From positions 150,474,001-150,538,000 of the forward strand of contig NC_042999.1 in the NCBI RefSeq assembly GCF_006345805.1: a DNA stretch of 64,000 bases, given 5' to 3'. Position numbers and translations under genes: made by a program. This document shows positions 35,905-48,887 of this stretch, piece by piece (position 1 is the stretch's first letter; each line of letters opens with the position of its first letter). Below the pieces are notes generated by a model. The model did no database searches. It saw only the letters and a list, made by a program, of their open reading frames with translations, and was not told the origin of the DNA. This DNA comes from Octopus sinensis (lineage: Eukaryota).

Positions 35905-37150
35905 TGTCAAAGTGGGAGAGCAAAGAATTGAATCTTCTGTTGTGAGCATGGACGATTGCTAGTGCTCTGCCAAACAACATCATCATTGCTGCACTGAAAG
36001 ACAATGACTTCTGTAGAACCATTGATCAGATAGAGCAGAAGACAAATGAAATCATCTGGCCCTATATGCTTATCAGACCACACATTGACACTCTTGCAGT
36101 CATAATAGAAAACTATTGTGGCAAGGCTGATAGAATAGAGAAAAGGAAACAAAACCCAGAAGTCTCTTTGATCCAGTGGTTCCTCAAAAGAATAGAGCCC
36201 CCACCCCTGTGAACAACCAGACTGAAAAGGATAGGGGGCCCAAGGAAGCAGCAAGCTGAAGCCCCTCTGTACCAGTGGTCCTTCAAAGGAATGGCGCCCT
36301 CACCTCATTGGACAACCAGAGGAATGAAATTCCTACCACAAGAAATGGAAGGACAGAACACGAGCACAAACATAAAGATGATAAAAACAAAATACTCAAA
36401 CATGGAGGATCCAATGCAATCCAAAACCCTACAGGAGAGAAGAAATTTGGAGGGCACTCAAGGACCTGCAATTTTACCTCCAAGGCAAATGTTGGCATGG
36501 GGAAGACGGTAAAAACTGCTGGTTTGCTCACCTGAGATCCCACCAAAACTGCAGGGGCCTTAAGGAGAAAAACTTCCCTGAGGAAAGACACCAATCATCT
36601 CCAAAGAAAAACACAAAAGCAGTGTGCTCTTCAGAGGTTATGAGCAAGACAGTAGCTGAGCAAGAGTCTTTTTTTGCATGGCACAAAAGATTGTGCAGCA
36701 GCTGACCTGGCTACATCAAGTACAAACAAGGAACCTTACCCACCACTGCACAAGACCACCACAGTCAACAGACACAGGATGGCCTCCCCTAAACGCCTGC
36801 ACAGTCGTCATGCCAATATTTTTATTAAATATTGGGGGCCTGTTGTATCATAACAAAAGCAAAATTTTTTTTCCTGAGAGACCTTGCTGCATGCAATTAA
36901 GCCCTATGCACTCATGGAAACTCATGTTAGCCCTGATATAGAGGATGCAGAAGTACACATACCAAAATATACCTTACCGCAAACAGACATCACGGATGTA
37001 TACAGCAACTCCATGGTGGATTTGCTGTATACATCTGTGATGACCTCACACCCCAGGTCTTACTGTCATACTCAAATTCAGTATGTGACACTCTAATTGT
37101 ATACATAAGACAACACAATATAGTCATATGCAATACATATCACCCACATA
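35905..37150 (+). mobile_element. 5' part of a CR1/L2-type LINE: ORF1 remnant (Cys/His cluster and CCCH finger) plus start of the APE domain (duplicate at 47195-48450)
   Basis: CKFYLQGKCWHGEDGKNCWFAH (47762-47827), followed by FLLNIGGL..ALMETH..DAEVHIPKY..HGGFAVYI..IVICNTYHP (APE N-terminus). Confidence 0.75.
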
Positions 37151-37502
37151 TGCAAGTTTGAGATTGCCTCACAAGAAATAAAGAAATCCTCATGAAACTG
37201 GAACACCACATGAGTGTATTTCGGCCCCATGAAAAAGGGTTTGAGAGGCAAACATTATTCCAGTGACGAAGAAGTGAAAACTGTAGTGAAAAAGTGGCTC
37301 AAAGAATAGTCAACAGAATTTTATGGGGCAGGGATACATGCTCTCATTTGAAGGTGGAACATTGCTATTGAGAGAAACGGCGGGTATGTAGGGATGCGAT
37401 CCACAAAGGACCAGCTTCATTTTGGTGCATGATACATGTTCCTGTGTTGGTAATTATACCTATCCTAAACAAAATGGCATTACTTTTTGACTCACCCTCG
37501 TA
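37150..37502 (+). mobile_element. Mariner transposase 3' fragment with right TIR (duplicate at 48450-48799)
   Basis: FGPMKKGLRGKHYSSDEEVKTVVKKWL..FYGAGIHAL..RWNIAIERNGGYV, then TIR ..TTTGACTCACCCTCGTA. Confidence 0.85.
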
Positions 37503-38891
37503 TGTATGTGTATATATATGTATGTGTGTATATGTTATATATATGTGTGTGTGTAATATATATATGTATGTGTGTGTGTATATATATATACCAGAGCAGC
37601 AAACTGGCTTCCATGCTGGTGGCACGTAAAAAGCACCATTCAAGCGTGATCATTACCAGCGTCTCCTTACTGGCACTTTTGCCAGTGGCACCTGAAAAAA
37701 CATTCAAGCGAGGTCTTTGCCAGTGCCACTGGACTGGCTCCTGTGCAGGTGGCATGTAAAAAGACGCCATTTTGAGCTTGGCCATTGCCAGTACCACCTG
37801 ACTGGCCCCCGTGCCGGAGGCATGTAAAAGCACCCACTACACTCTCGGAGTGGTTGGCATTAGGAAGGTATCCTGCTGTAGAAACTCTGCCAGATCAAAT
37901 TGGAGCCTGGTGCAGCCATCTGGTTCGCTAGTCTTCAGTCAAATCGTCAAGCCCATGCTAGCTTGGAAAGCGGACGTTAAACGATGATGATGTATATGTC
38001 TATAAAAACTACTGAAAAATATTTAGGTGTTGTTATGAGGCTCATTAGTAGAGACATTTGCAGACAATAATATTTTTGTACTTGTAAATTAAAAACAAAA
38101 TTGTTCTAAAAAAATATAATACCAATACAAGCTTTAACAAAAAATGTCAAAAGAACTATTGAAAATAAATTTCCTGTACAAGTGTCCGCTTTCTCTTTCA
38201 GTTTTTATTTTTTGTCATTAATTGTGCTATATGAAGTGGGCTAATTTGGTAATAATCTAAAACTTTATATTTACACAATTAATTAGAACAATTTATTAAC
38301 AGCCGGATTCTCTTTCCCACTCTCTCTTATATCAAACAGTACCAATGTGATGTAGAACATATGCACATCAGTTGTACAACTTGAACAAATACTGTATGCT
38401 TTGTCCATGGTACCAGTAATCTCAGGTAAAGTTTGAACTTCTGAATTTTTTGATGAATAAACCCAATAACATCATCATTATCATTTAACATTTGTTTTCC
38501 TTGTTGGCATGGGTTGGACAGTTGGTCAGGAGCTGGTGAATCATTGCCTTATTTGGTATGATTTCTACAGCTAGGTGCCCTTTCTAATGCCAAATACTTC
38601 AGGGGTTCACAGGGAGCTTTTTACATAGCACTGGCACATGTGAAGTCATCACATAACTTGTAAGACAAGATCATTCAACTGAGGTGGAGTTGAGGTGGGG
38701 GGGTTAATATTGGGGAAGGCGGCTTTGTACCAGGTGATGAGAGGCTAAAGCAAGGATTCTCAACTAGGGTCAATATGACCTTTGGGGTTCACACAAGAGT
38801 TTGTAAAATTTATGTCCAATAAACTTATTTTCTACAATACACAAAATATTTATTTTTTTATACACAAAATATTAATTTTTTTTTATAGGCA

Positions 38892-39290
38892 CAGGAGTGG
38901 CTGTGTGGTAAGTAGCTTGCTTACCAACCACATGGTTCTGGGTCCAGTCCCACTGCGTGACACCTTGCACAAGTATCTTCTACTATAGCCTCGGGCCAAC
39001 CAAAGCCTTGTGAGTGGATTTGGTAGACGGAAACTGAAAGAAGCCCGTCATATATATGTATATATATATATATGTGTGTGCGTGTATGTTTGTGTGTCTA
39101 TGTTTGTCCCCCTAGCATTGCTTGACAACCGATGCTGGTGTGTTTATGTCCCCGTCACTTTGCGGTTCGGCAAAAAGAGATTGATAGAATAAGTACTGGG
39201 CTTACAAAGAATAAGTCCCGGGGTCGAGTTGCTCGATTAAAGGCAGTGCTCCAGCATGGCCGCAGTCAAATGACTGAAACAAGTAAAAGA
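38892..39290 (+). mobile_element. Near-complete SINE family C, tail-to-tail with a minus-strand SINE (39310-39500)
   Basis: Homology to 4147-4625; the two tails form an ~45-bp inverted repeat. Mostly deleted in copy B. Confidence 0.8.
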
Positions 39291-40666
39291 GTTACTCCTA
39301 ATAATTCTTTTATTCTTTTACTTGCTTCAGTCATTTGACTGTGGCCATGCTGGAGCATGGCCTTTAGTTGAGCAAATTGACCCCAGGACTTATTCTTTGT
39401 AAGCCTAGTACTATCAGTTTCATTTGCCGAACTGCTAAGTTACAGGGACATAAACACACCAGCATTGGTTATCAAGCAATGTTGGGGACAAACACACACA
39501 CATACCTGCAATGGACTGGCATCCCATTCAGGGTGAGTGTTGTGGCCTCAGTCACTTATATGCCATAGAAACTGAGTAATCAGCCTTATGAATCCTAAGA
39601 CTTGAAACTGGCTTTATGTTATCAATATGTATTGAATACTTGTTAGCATGCCAGGCAAAATGCTTAATGGCATTTCACCTGTCTTCATGTTCTGGGTTCA
39701 AGTTCCACCGGGGTCAAATTTACCTTTCATCCTTTCGGGATTGATAAATTAAGTACCAGTGAATCACTGGGGTCAATGTATTCAAGTAGTCCCCTCCCCC
39801 AAATTTTCAAGGCCTTGTGCCTTCAGTAGAAAAGAATATGTACTGAATATATATTGAGCAATACTTTAAAGGGCACCCATGTTAGCACCATGTAGAAAAG
39901 TATATATGCCTGTGCCACATAAAAAGTACTTGTGCCAATTCCACATAAAAAAATCACTGGCCCAGGTGCCATGTAAAAAAAAAAAACCATGCTAGGGCCA
40001 CATAAAAGCACGTAATACACTCTGTTAAGTGGTTGGTATCAGGGAGGGCATCCAGTTATAGAAACCATACCAAATCAGACAACTTGGGCCTGGTGCAGCT
40101 TTTTGGCTTACCAGCTCCTGTCAAACCATCCATCCCATGCCAACATGGAAGATGGATGTTAAATTATGATGATATCAATATATGCCAGCTGATGTTAGAA
40201 GATAATAGAATGGGATTTAAGGCAAATTTAGCTGCTATTTCTAACAGATTGAACCCCCATGTTGAAACTCTTTCATTATTTTGTGATGTTAATAGGAACC
40301 ATGAGAAGGTAGACTTAATCCATTGTCAGACTTAACACTATCATCTGTCTTTGGGTGCTTTTTAGTGGAGTTCTATCTCTTGCGAGCATACATACCAAGT
40401 GTCTGGTCTATGCATAACTTGTGAGCCAGGAGTTTCTCTCTCATTTTCCCCAAACTAATATTAGAGGACTCCACAAAATGGTTCCTGGACCAACCTTCAT
40501 CATCGTCATCATCATCATTGTTTAACATCTGCTTTCCATGCTGGCATAGGTTGGATGGTTTGACTGAAGACTAGCAAGCCAGGAGGCTGCACCAGGCTCC
40601 AATCTGATCTGGCGAGGTTTCTACAGTTGGATGCCCTTCCTAATGCCAATAATAAACTGATGTTAA

Positions 40667-40885
40667 CCCTTTCATCACTGTATTTATTTTAAGATGCTTT
40701 GTGTTTCTCTCAATTATTTTAGATATAACAAAGAATTTTGTAAAATAACTTAGTTACCATTAAGCTAGTGTTAGAACATAAATTGTGATGAAGGTTTGGT
40801 GGAAGATTTTAATTCAAAACTTATGAAAACAAGACATTTGTACTACAGAGCCAGAGGTGGTTTTGGCCGGGTTGGTATCAAAAGG
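40667..40885. mobile_element. piggyBac-like MITE (duplicate at 51310-51530)
   Basis: TTAA-CCCTTT...AAAGG(G)-TTAA. Confidence 0.8.
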
Positions 40886-41313
40886 TTAAATAAAATCCCT
40901 GCAGTGTATTCTTCCTTGCATCCCTGCTTGAACTGTTTAGAACTGGTTCTGATCCCATAACTTGTTTTACTAATTCATATGCACATACACATTCACTTTT
41001 TTTGTTAATTATTAATTAAAAGATTTCTTAAATAGCAACACATTTTCATGAGTAAAGTTATTAGAGTGAAATTTAAGATGTTTATAACATTACCACAAGA
41101 ATCAGAAATGAAATCAAAAACATGAGTTTGAAGCAGCTGTTTTTGCATGTGTCACTTATGAAAGGTTTTAAACAAAAGACCAAAAGGTAAGTGTTGTTTT
41201 CAAACTTCCATTTCATATTTCAAAAGAAGAAAAATGTTCAAAAAGTGAATCTTTCAAAAGAAAAGCAGGCTTGTTTTACCAGCTGATAATTGGAAATGAA
41301 TAACTCTGATTAC

Positions 41314-41980
41314 CAGTGGTGGTTTGTGTATAGGGACTGCTGAACTGCAGCACACTCTATTTCCACTTGATATTATAACATTCAATATAATGAGTCATTT
41401 TTTCTTTAATTCTATTTGTACATTATATAGTCCTTAAGCTTAATGTCAGTAGCCATCCTCTAGTTTATGAAAGAAATACAAAAATCCTTGTATAGAATTG
41501 TGTGTTTCACAGTTCTAGCAATGCAGTGTTTGGCTGTTGTGTGCATGCCCATATGTCCAAGATACGAAGCTTCACACTAGGGAGAGAGAGCACTGTCATT
41601 CATACAGTGCTGGTGAAAGGTAGTGTTTCTTTTTCACTTCATGTGCGTTGCTTAAAAACGTGTTTATAGTCTTGAATGTGATAAAATTAGATTATTATCC
41701 TGCTTCCAGCAACAGTGTTGCTGCCAGGATTTGAAAAATAGGGCAGATTTTCATCCCTTATTTTGTAATTTAGGGGGATTTTTGAAAAACAAGGGGGAAT
41801 TCACAGCAGTGTTCAGTGCACAAATTAAACACACTACTCAACAGTGGCTAAAACACGAACTGATCAAGTTATGTATAAATATTCTTTTATATGTTTGTTT
41901 TTTTTCACACAATATTAAAACAATGGCTAAAAATTTTCTGAAGCAGCACCTCCACTAATTTTATCTATGAGACACCAATG
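41314..41980. mobile_element. hAT-like MITE, ~670 bp (duplicate at 51960-52629)
   Basis: Ends CAGTGGTGGTT..TATAG / CTATGAGACACCAATG; exact 8-bp TSD CTGATTAC. Confidence 0.85.
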
Positions 41981-42179
41981 CTGATTACTAGAAATTGGAG
42001 CTTTTTAATTATAGTGTGCGTGTGTGTTGTGTGTGTAATATCACGGGTAATTTGGTAATTTTTGAAGCTTGGTGAATTATGTTTACTCTCAACATTGTCA
42101 CTGAAGTATTTCTTGTAGCAAGATGAGACCATTATTACAATCTCAAAGCCCTTTGTTAGAGAGAAACAAATATTACAAT

Positions 42180-42224
<45 letters not shown>

Positions 42225-42684
42225 CGAAAACGAGAGAGAGAGAGAGAGGGAGGGAGACCTCTGGAGATATGGTGTGATTGAGAAGACCTGGCAAGTAAAG
42301 TGAGATCACAGCTGTAGCTAATACCAGTGTCACATTACCAGCCTATTTAAAAAGTACCTTTGAATCATCAGGTGACTTACTGTGCTTGAGGAGACATATT
42401 GTGTCAAGTAAAATCAAATCACAATCAAAAATGGAAATTGTAGTTGTGGTCGATGCCTGTGCTGCCTGAGTGGCTCTCATGCTGGTGGAATGCAATAAGC
42501 ACCATTCATGCGTGGGGGGTTGTTGCCAGTGCTGCCTGACTGCTCCCCATGTCAGTGACACATACAATGCACCATCTGAACACGTGGTCGATGCCAGCCC
42601 CACCGCTCTGACTGGCTCCTGTGCCGGTAACACCATCCAAGCATGACTGGCTCCTGTGCTAGTGGCACATAAACAGCACCCACT

Positions 42685-45506
42685 ACACTCTTGGAGTGGT
42701 TGGCATTAGGAAGGGCATCCAGCTGTAGAAACTCTGCCAGATCAGATTGGAGCCTGGTGCAGCCAACTAGTTCGCTAGACTTCAGTCAAATCGTCCAACT
42801 CATGCTAGCATAGAAAGTGGACGCTAGATGATGATTTGATATAGACACTGAGAACCACTGATGTAATACCTCTCAAACTATACCAACGAAGGAGCTCAAT
42901 ATACTAGAAGTAGCAACCAAATCTCCCTCATGTCCTGCTGCTTCAGAAATATAAAAAGGAGACATTGTATAATGTGGTATTAGATGTGATGTGTCTAATA
43001 ATTTAAAAAATAAAAATGGTGTGATGGTCATTGCTGGAATGCTTTTGCTTGATTAGAGCTAAACTATGATTGAATAATAACTATCACAATATCTTTCAGT
43101 TTACGCCTGTTATTCTGTCAAACTCCACATGTTAAGTTTATAAAAATTTGTGAACTTATTCTACCACTATTTTAATATTGATCACCATTGTCAGTATCAG
43201 CATTATTGTTGGCTTCACATCCACTTTTCCATGCTTGAATGGGTCCAAATGGAATTCATTAAATGAAATTTCCCATGGTCAGATATTCTTCCTGTCATCA
43301 ACCCTCACTTCTTTCCAAGCAATCTAATAACCTCTAATCTATACAGCAATGAAACAATTCAACATAGGTATTAATCAAGCATACAACATTGCTTGTATAT
43401 GATAGCAAAGCTGTTGCTTTGTTTACAATCACTGAACAAATTAAGTCGAAGAGAAATCAATTATGCAAATATGAATGTGCACTAAAACACATGTTTTAAC
43501 ATGTGTGAGTGTAAGTATATGACAGGCCTCTTTGGTTTGTGGCAAAGGTGAGCTGTTCATTGAAAAGTTAACTTTGATAACTGTTAATTATTTCCAAATA
43601 TAAAGGAAATTATCCATAAACTGTTAACATTAATTTTTATAGAAAAAAGCAAAAAATCAGTTTTTGCTTTAAAACCACCTAAAAACACCTTTAAAATGTG
43701 CCAAAACTATAAAATCCATTAACTTCAATTCAATTGAAGTTAACTCAGGTTGACTTGAGTTAATTAGTCTAATAATGATTTCCAAAGTTAACTTAACAAA
43801 AATGTTAATTTTGTTAATTAACGGTTTGGTGCACAGGTTTGATTTCTGTCTACCAACTTCACTCAATAATTTGTTGGTTTACAACAATGCATGTTCCAGT
43901 TGATCTGATCAGCAAACAGCCTTGGGGCGGAAATCCTAGAATCATATTCAGTGCGTAATCTTGGGATTGATATGAGGAGCGATGCCTCGTTTCACATGCA
44001 TGTCACCAAGATGGTGGCAGTGTGCAGCCAGATGGATTCTGAGAACTTTCAGAACTAGGGACCAGGAAACTATGCTGGTCCTATGGAGGACATTTGTTCT
44101 CAACTGTAGGATTAATAGCAGAACTTGAGGTGGTTCAGTGATACTACATGAGGAAGACTGCATCAATGGAACAGCTGAGCTACTGGAAGTGACTGAAAGA
44201 GCTATGACTCTACTCCCCAGAGCAAAAATGGGAGAGGTATCCAGTGATATATGTATGGAATATACTGGTGAGGTTGGCACCAAACTCGGGAATTGAGAGT
44301 TAGACCAGACCTCGAAATGGATTTCACTGCACTGTTCCAATAGTCCCAGCTGTCCCATCTAGGGTGAGGACCATTTACTGCAATAGCTTGGGATTCAAGG
44401 GTTCACAGTTATTTAACTCCTTGCCAAAGCATCTGAGGGATCTCTGTGGAGCAAGAGTCAATGTTTTTGAGAAACAACTTGGAACTCTTACCATCCAAGA
44501 TCCCAGATGAACCAATATCAGGGCAGGAAACACAAAACAGGAAAGCGATGCCGAATTCTCTCCTTCACCAAAAGCCAAAGCCATAGAATTAGTCAATTAA
44601 AAGGTGATTACAATGGTGGTGCCCCAGCATGGCCATGGCCTCAAGGCTGTAACATACATATAAAAGAATAGATGTCTATGTATGTATAAGCATATATATG
44701 TATGTGTATATATATATATATATTGTGTATATGGGTATGTATGTATAAATGTGTATATAATAATAATAATAATGAAATTATTGTATACAGTACTCAGGTG
44801 CACCACAACTTGTCAGAAAGTGCATATAAAGTATATGCAGTAATGTACAAATGTCTGGAAAGCGAACAGTGTATGAATCAGATACATGCTTGTGTGTGTA
44901 TGGAGGGGAGAAAATCAGGTGTAGTGTTGGTGAATCTCAGAAAGCATGGAAGTTTTGAAGGATGCAGTGCTCTGACGACTAACAACTGATGCCAGCAGTT
45001 TGTTCCATGCTTCAGCAACTCTCAGCGTGAAAAAATGTTTCCTAAAGTCATGGGAGCTGTGCTGTTTTCTGACTTTGTAAATATGTCCACGGGTGGAGTT
45101 TGAAAAGGTGCTCAGAGTTATTGTTTGTAAGATGGTTAATAATTTTATGGGTGTCTGCCAAGTCAGCTGCCAGACGTCGGAGTTTCAATGTGTCCATGCC
45201 CAGGGAAGTAAGGCATTCAGAATATGGCAAATGCCTGATGGAGGGTATTCTTTTGGTTGCATGTCGCTGAACGGCTTCCAGACGATTAATATCCTGGGCA
45301 AGATAGGGGTTCCAGACCGGTGATGCAAATTCCAGGTGAGGTCTTACCATAGCTATATAAAGCCGCAGGTAGATAGCCAGAGAGCGGCTCACAAAGGACT
45401 TGGTGAGTGATGCCAAGACATCCTCAGCCTTCTTGGCAATTTTAGCGATGTGTTTTGTCCAACGCAAATCGCTGTCGACAATAACACCCAGGTCACGTAT
45501 GTATAA

Positions 45507-45598
<92 letters not shown>

Positions 45599-45599
45599 G

Positions 45600-45666
<67 letters not shown>

Positions 45667-48600
45667 GTATGTGTGTGTGTGTGTATATGTATATGTGCTT
45701 CCCGTTTTGTTAAGAAAAGACGTGCTCTTTTGTGTTTCTGAAACAACCAAGAGGGATTCCAAAATCGATGAAAAAATCTACTAAAACTGACAAAAAACGT
45801 AGTACTTGTTATTTCATAACGGTCTTCTATAATATATCAGTAAAAAAAAACCCCTAATATATTACACTAAAAGTTTAATATAGTACATTAAAATCAGTGA
45901 CGCAAGCTCCCTCTGTCATGCTATCATCCCACACCCACTTTCTCTTTTTTCATATCACCCTCTCTCTTTCCCTGTCCCTCCCTCTGTATTTCTTCTCTAC
46001 CTCCCTCTCTGTCTCACTTCCTCTCCGCCCCCTCTGGTAAAAAAAACACGTGGTGATAAATCGTACTTTCATTTGCTGCCGCGTGTAAGAAGAAAAAATT
46101 GTTTTTGAAAGGAAACTTCGTACAAGAACAAGGATTGGAATTTTACCTCTTGCGAATAAGTATCCTACTCATTTTGTTTATTATCTTTTATCTTTGGTAA
46201 TACCAGACGAAAATTTGAGTCAATTAAGACTTATCGTTTGTTTACATTCTGAGAATTTATGGTGAAACTTTTTCTCTCTCACTATAATTTTTCATTCAAC
46301 TTTTCTTAAAGTGACCTTTTCGTTTTACATTCTATTTGAAAAATAGAACTCATTATGAAACCCCTTTCTTTTCACTATGGTTTTCTTTTTTTCACTTTTA
46401 CAGTACCTATAAAAAAAAAAAAATAATAAATGCTCCTTTTTAAAGCCTAGTGAGACTCATGGGCCCGGTTTCCCGATTTCAATGGCGTATGTGTTCCCCA
46501 GTTGGACGGGACACCAGTCCATCGCAGCATTACTCGTTTTTGCCAGCTGAGTGGACTGGAGCAACGTGAAATGAAGTGTTTTGCTCAAGAACACAACGCG
46601 TTGCCCAGTCCAGGAATCGAAACCACAATCTTACGATCATGATGCTGATACCCTAACCACTAAACCATGCACCTCCCTATCTAGATTTATAAATTTAGTT
46701 TTTGCTTTCCTACATATCTTTGTTACCTGTTCCCCTTCTCTCTTTCATACCTATCTCTTCCTCTCTCCTCTCCTCACATATATTCCTCCCTTTCCTGCTT
46801 CTCTCTCCTCACACCTACCTCTCTCCCTATCTCTTCCTCTTTTTCTCATATCTCTCCCTCCCTTTCATATCTTCCTCCTTTTCTCACTTCTCTTTCCCTT
46901 CCTTTGTCTCTTTCAACATCTATCTCTACTCCTGTCTCCTCACTCTCTTCCTCATATACTTCTCATTTTCCCTCTCTTCTCACTCCGTCTCTCCCTTTCC
47001 CTCACATCCTTCATTCTTTCTTGTCCCTCCCTCACTCCGTCTCTCTTCCCCTCCACTCCTGCACTCTGTCTCTTTCTCTTTTTCCCCTACTCTCCCTCAC
47101 TCTGTCTCTCTCTCCCTTTCTTCTACCTCCCTCTGTCTTGCTATCACCTCACACCCCTTTCTTTTTTTCATCTCACCCTCTATCTCTCACTTCCTCTCTG
47201 TCAAAGTGGGAGAGCAAAGAATTGAATCTTCTGTTGTGAGCATGGACGATTGCTAGTGCTCTGCCAAACAACATCATCATTGCTGCACTGAAAGACAATG
47301 ACTTCTGTAGAACCATTGATCAGATAGAGCAGAAGACAAATGAAATCATCTGGCCCTATATGCTTATCAGACCACACATTGACACTCTTGCAGTCATAAT
47401 AGAAAACTATTGTGGCAAGGCTGATAAGAATAGAGAAAAGGAAACAAAACCCAGAAGTCTCTTTGATCCAGTGGTTCCTCAAAAGAATAGAGCCCCCACC
47501 CCTGTGAACAACCAGACTGAAAAGGATAGGGGGCCCAAGGAAGCAGCAAGCTGAAGCCCCTCTGTACCAGTGGTCCTTCAAAGGAATGGCGCCCTCACCT
47601 CATTGGACAACCAGAGGAATGAAATTCCTACCACAAGAAATGGAAGGACAGAACACGAGCACAAACATAAAGATGATAAAAACAAAATACTCAAACATGG
47701 AGGATCCAATGCAATCCAAAACCCTACAGGAGAGAAGAAATTTGGAGGGCACTCAAGGACCTGCAAATTTTACCTCCAAGGCAAATGTTGGCATGGGGAA
47801 GACGGTAAAAACTGCTGGTTTGCTCACCTGAGATCCCACCAAAACTGCAGGGGCCTTAAGGAGAAAAACTTCCCTGAGGAAAGACACCAATCATCTCCAA
47901 AGAAAAAATACACAAAAGCAGTGTGCTCTTCAGAGGTTATGAGCAAGACAGTAGCTGAGCAAGAGTCTTTTTTGTGCATGGCACAAAAGATTGTGCAGCA
48001 GCTGACCTGGCTACATCAAGTACAAACAAGGAACCTTACCCACCACTGCACAAGACCACCACAGTCAACAGACACAGGATGGCCTCCCCTAAACGCCTGC
48101 ACAGTCGTCATGCCAATATTTTTATTAAATATTGGGGGCCTGTTGTATCATAACAAAAGCAAAATTTTTTTCCTGAGAGACCTTGCTGCATGCAATTAAG
48201 CCCTATGCACTCATGGAAACTCATGTTAGCCCTGGTATAGAGGATGCAGAAGTACACATACCAAAATATACCTTACCGCAAACAGACATCACGGATGTAT
48301 ACAGCAACTCCATGGTGGATTTGCTGTATACATCCGTGATGACCTCACACCCCAGGTCTTACTGTCATACTCAAATTCAGTATGTGACACTCTAATTGTA
48401 TACATAAGACAACACAATATAGTCATATGCAATACATATCACCCACATATGCAAGTTTGAGATTGCCTCACAAGAAATAAAGAAATCCTCATGAAACTGG
48501 AACACCACATGAGTGTATTTCGGCCCCATGAAAAAGGGTTTGAGAGGCAAACATTATTCCAGTGACGAAGAAGTGAAAACTGTAGTGAAAAAGTGGCTCA

Positions 48601-48852
48601 AAGAACAGTCAACAGAATTTTATGGGGCAGGGATACATGCTCTCATTTGAAGGTGGAACATTGCTATTGAGAGAAACGGCGGGTATGTAGGGATGCGATC
48701 CACAAAGGACCAGCTTCATTTTGGTGCATGATACATGTTCCTGTGTTGGTAATTATACCTATCCTAAACAAAATGGCATTACTTTGACTCACCCTCGTAT
48801 GTATGTGTATATATATGTATGTGTGTATATGTTATATATATGTGTGTGTGTA

Positions 48853-48887
<35 letters not shown>

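Noticed and set aside
35400-35945. 181-214-aa S/L/F/P-rich ORFs (also 9529-10080, 46581-47256)
   Set aside because: They come from CT-rich low-complexity DNA.
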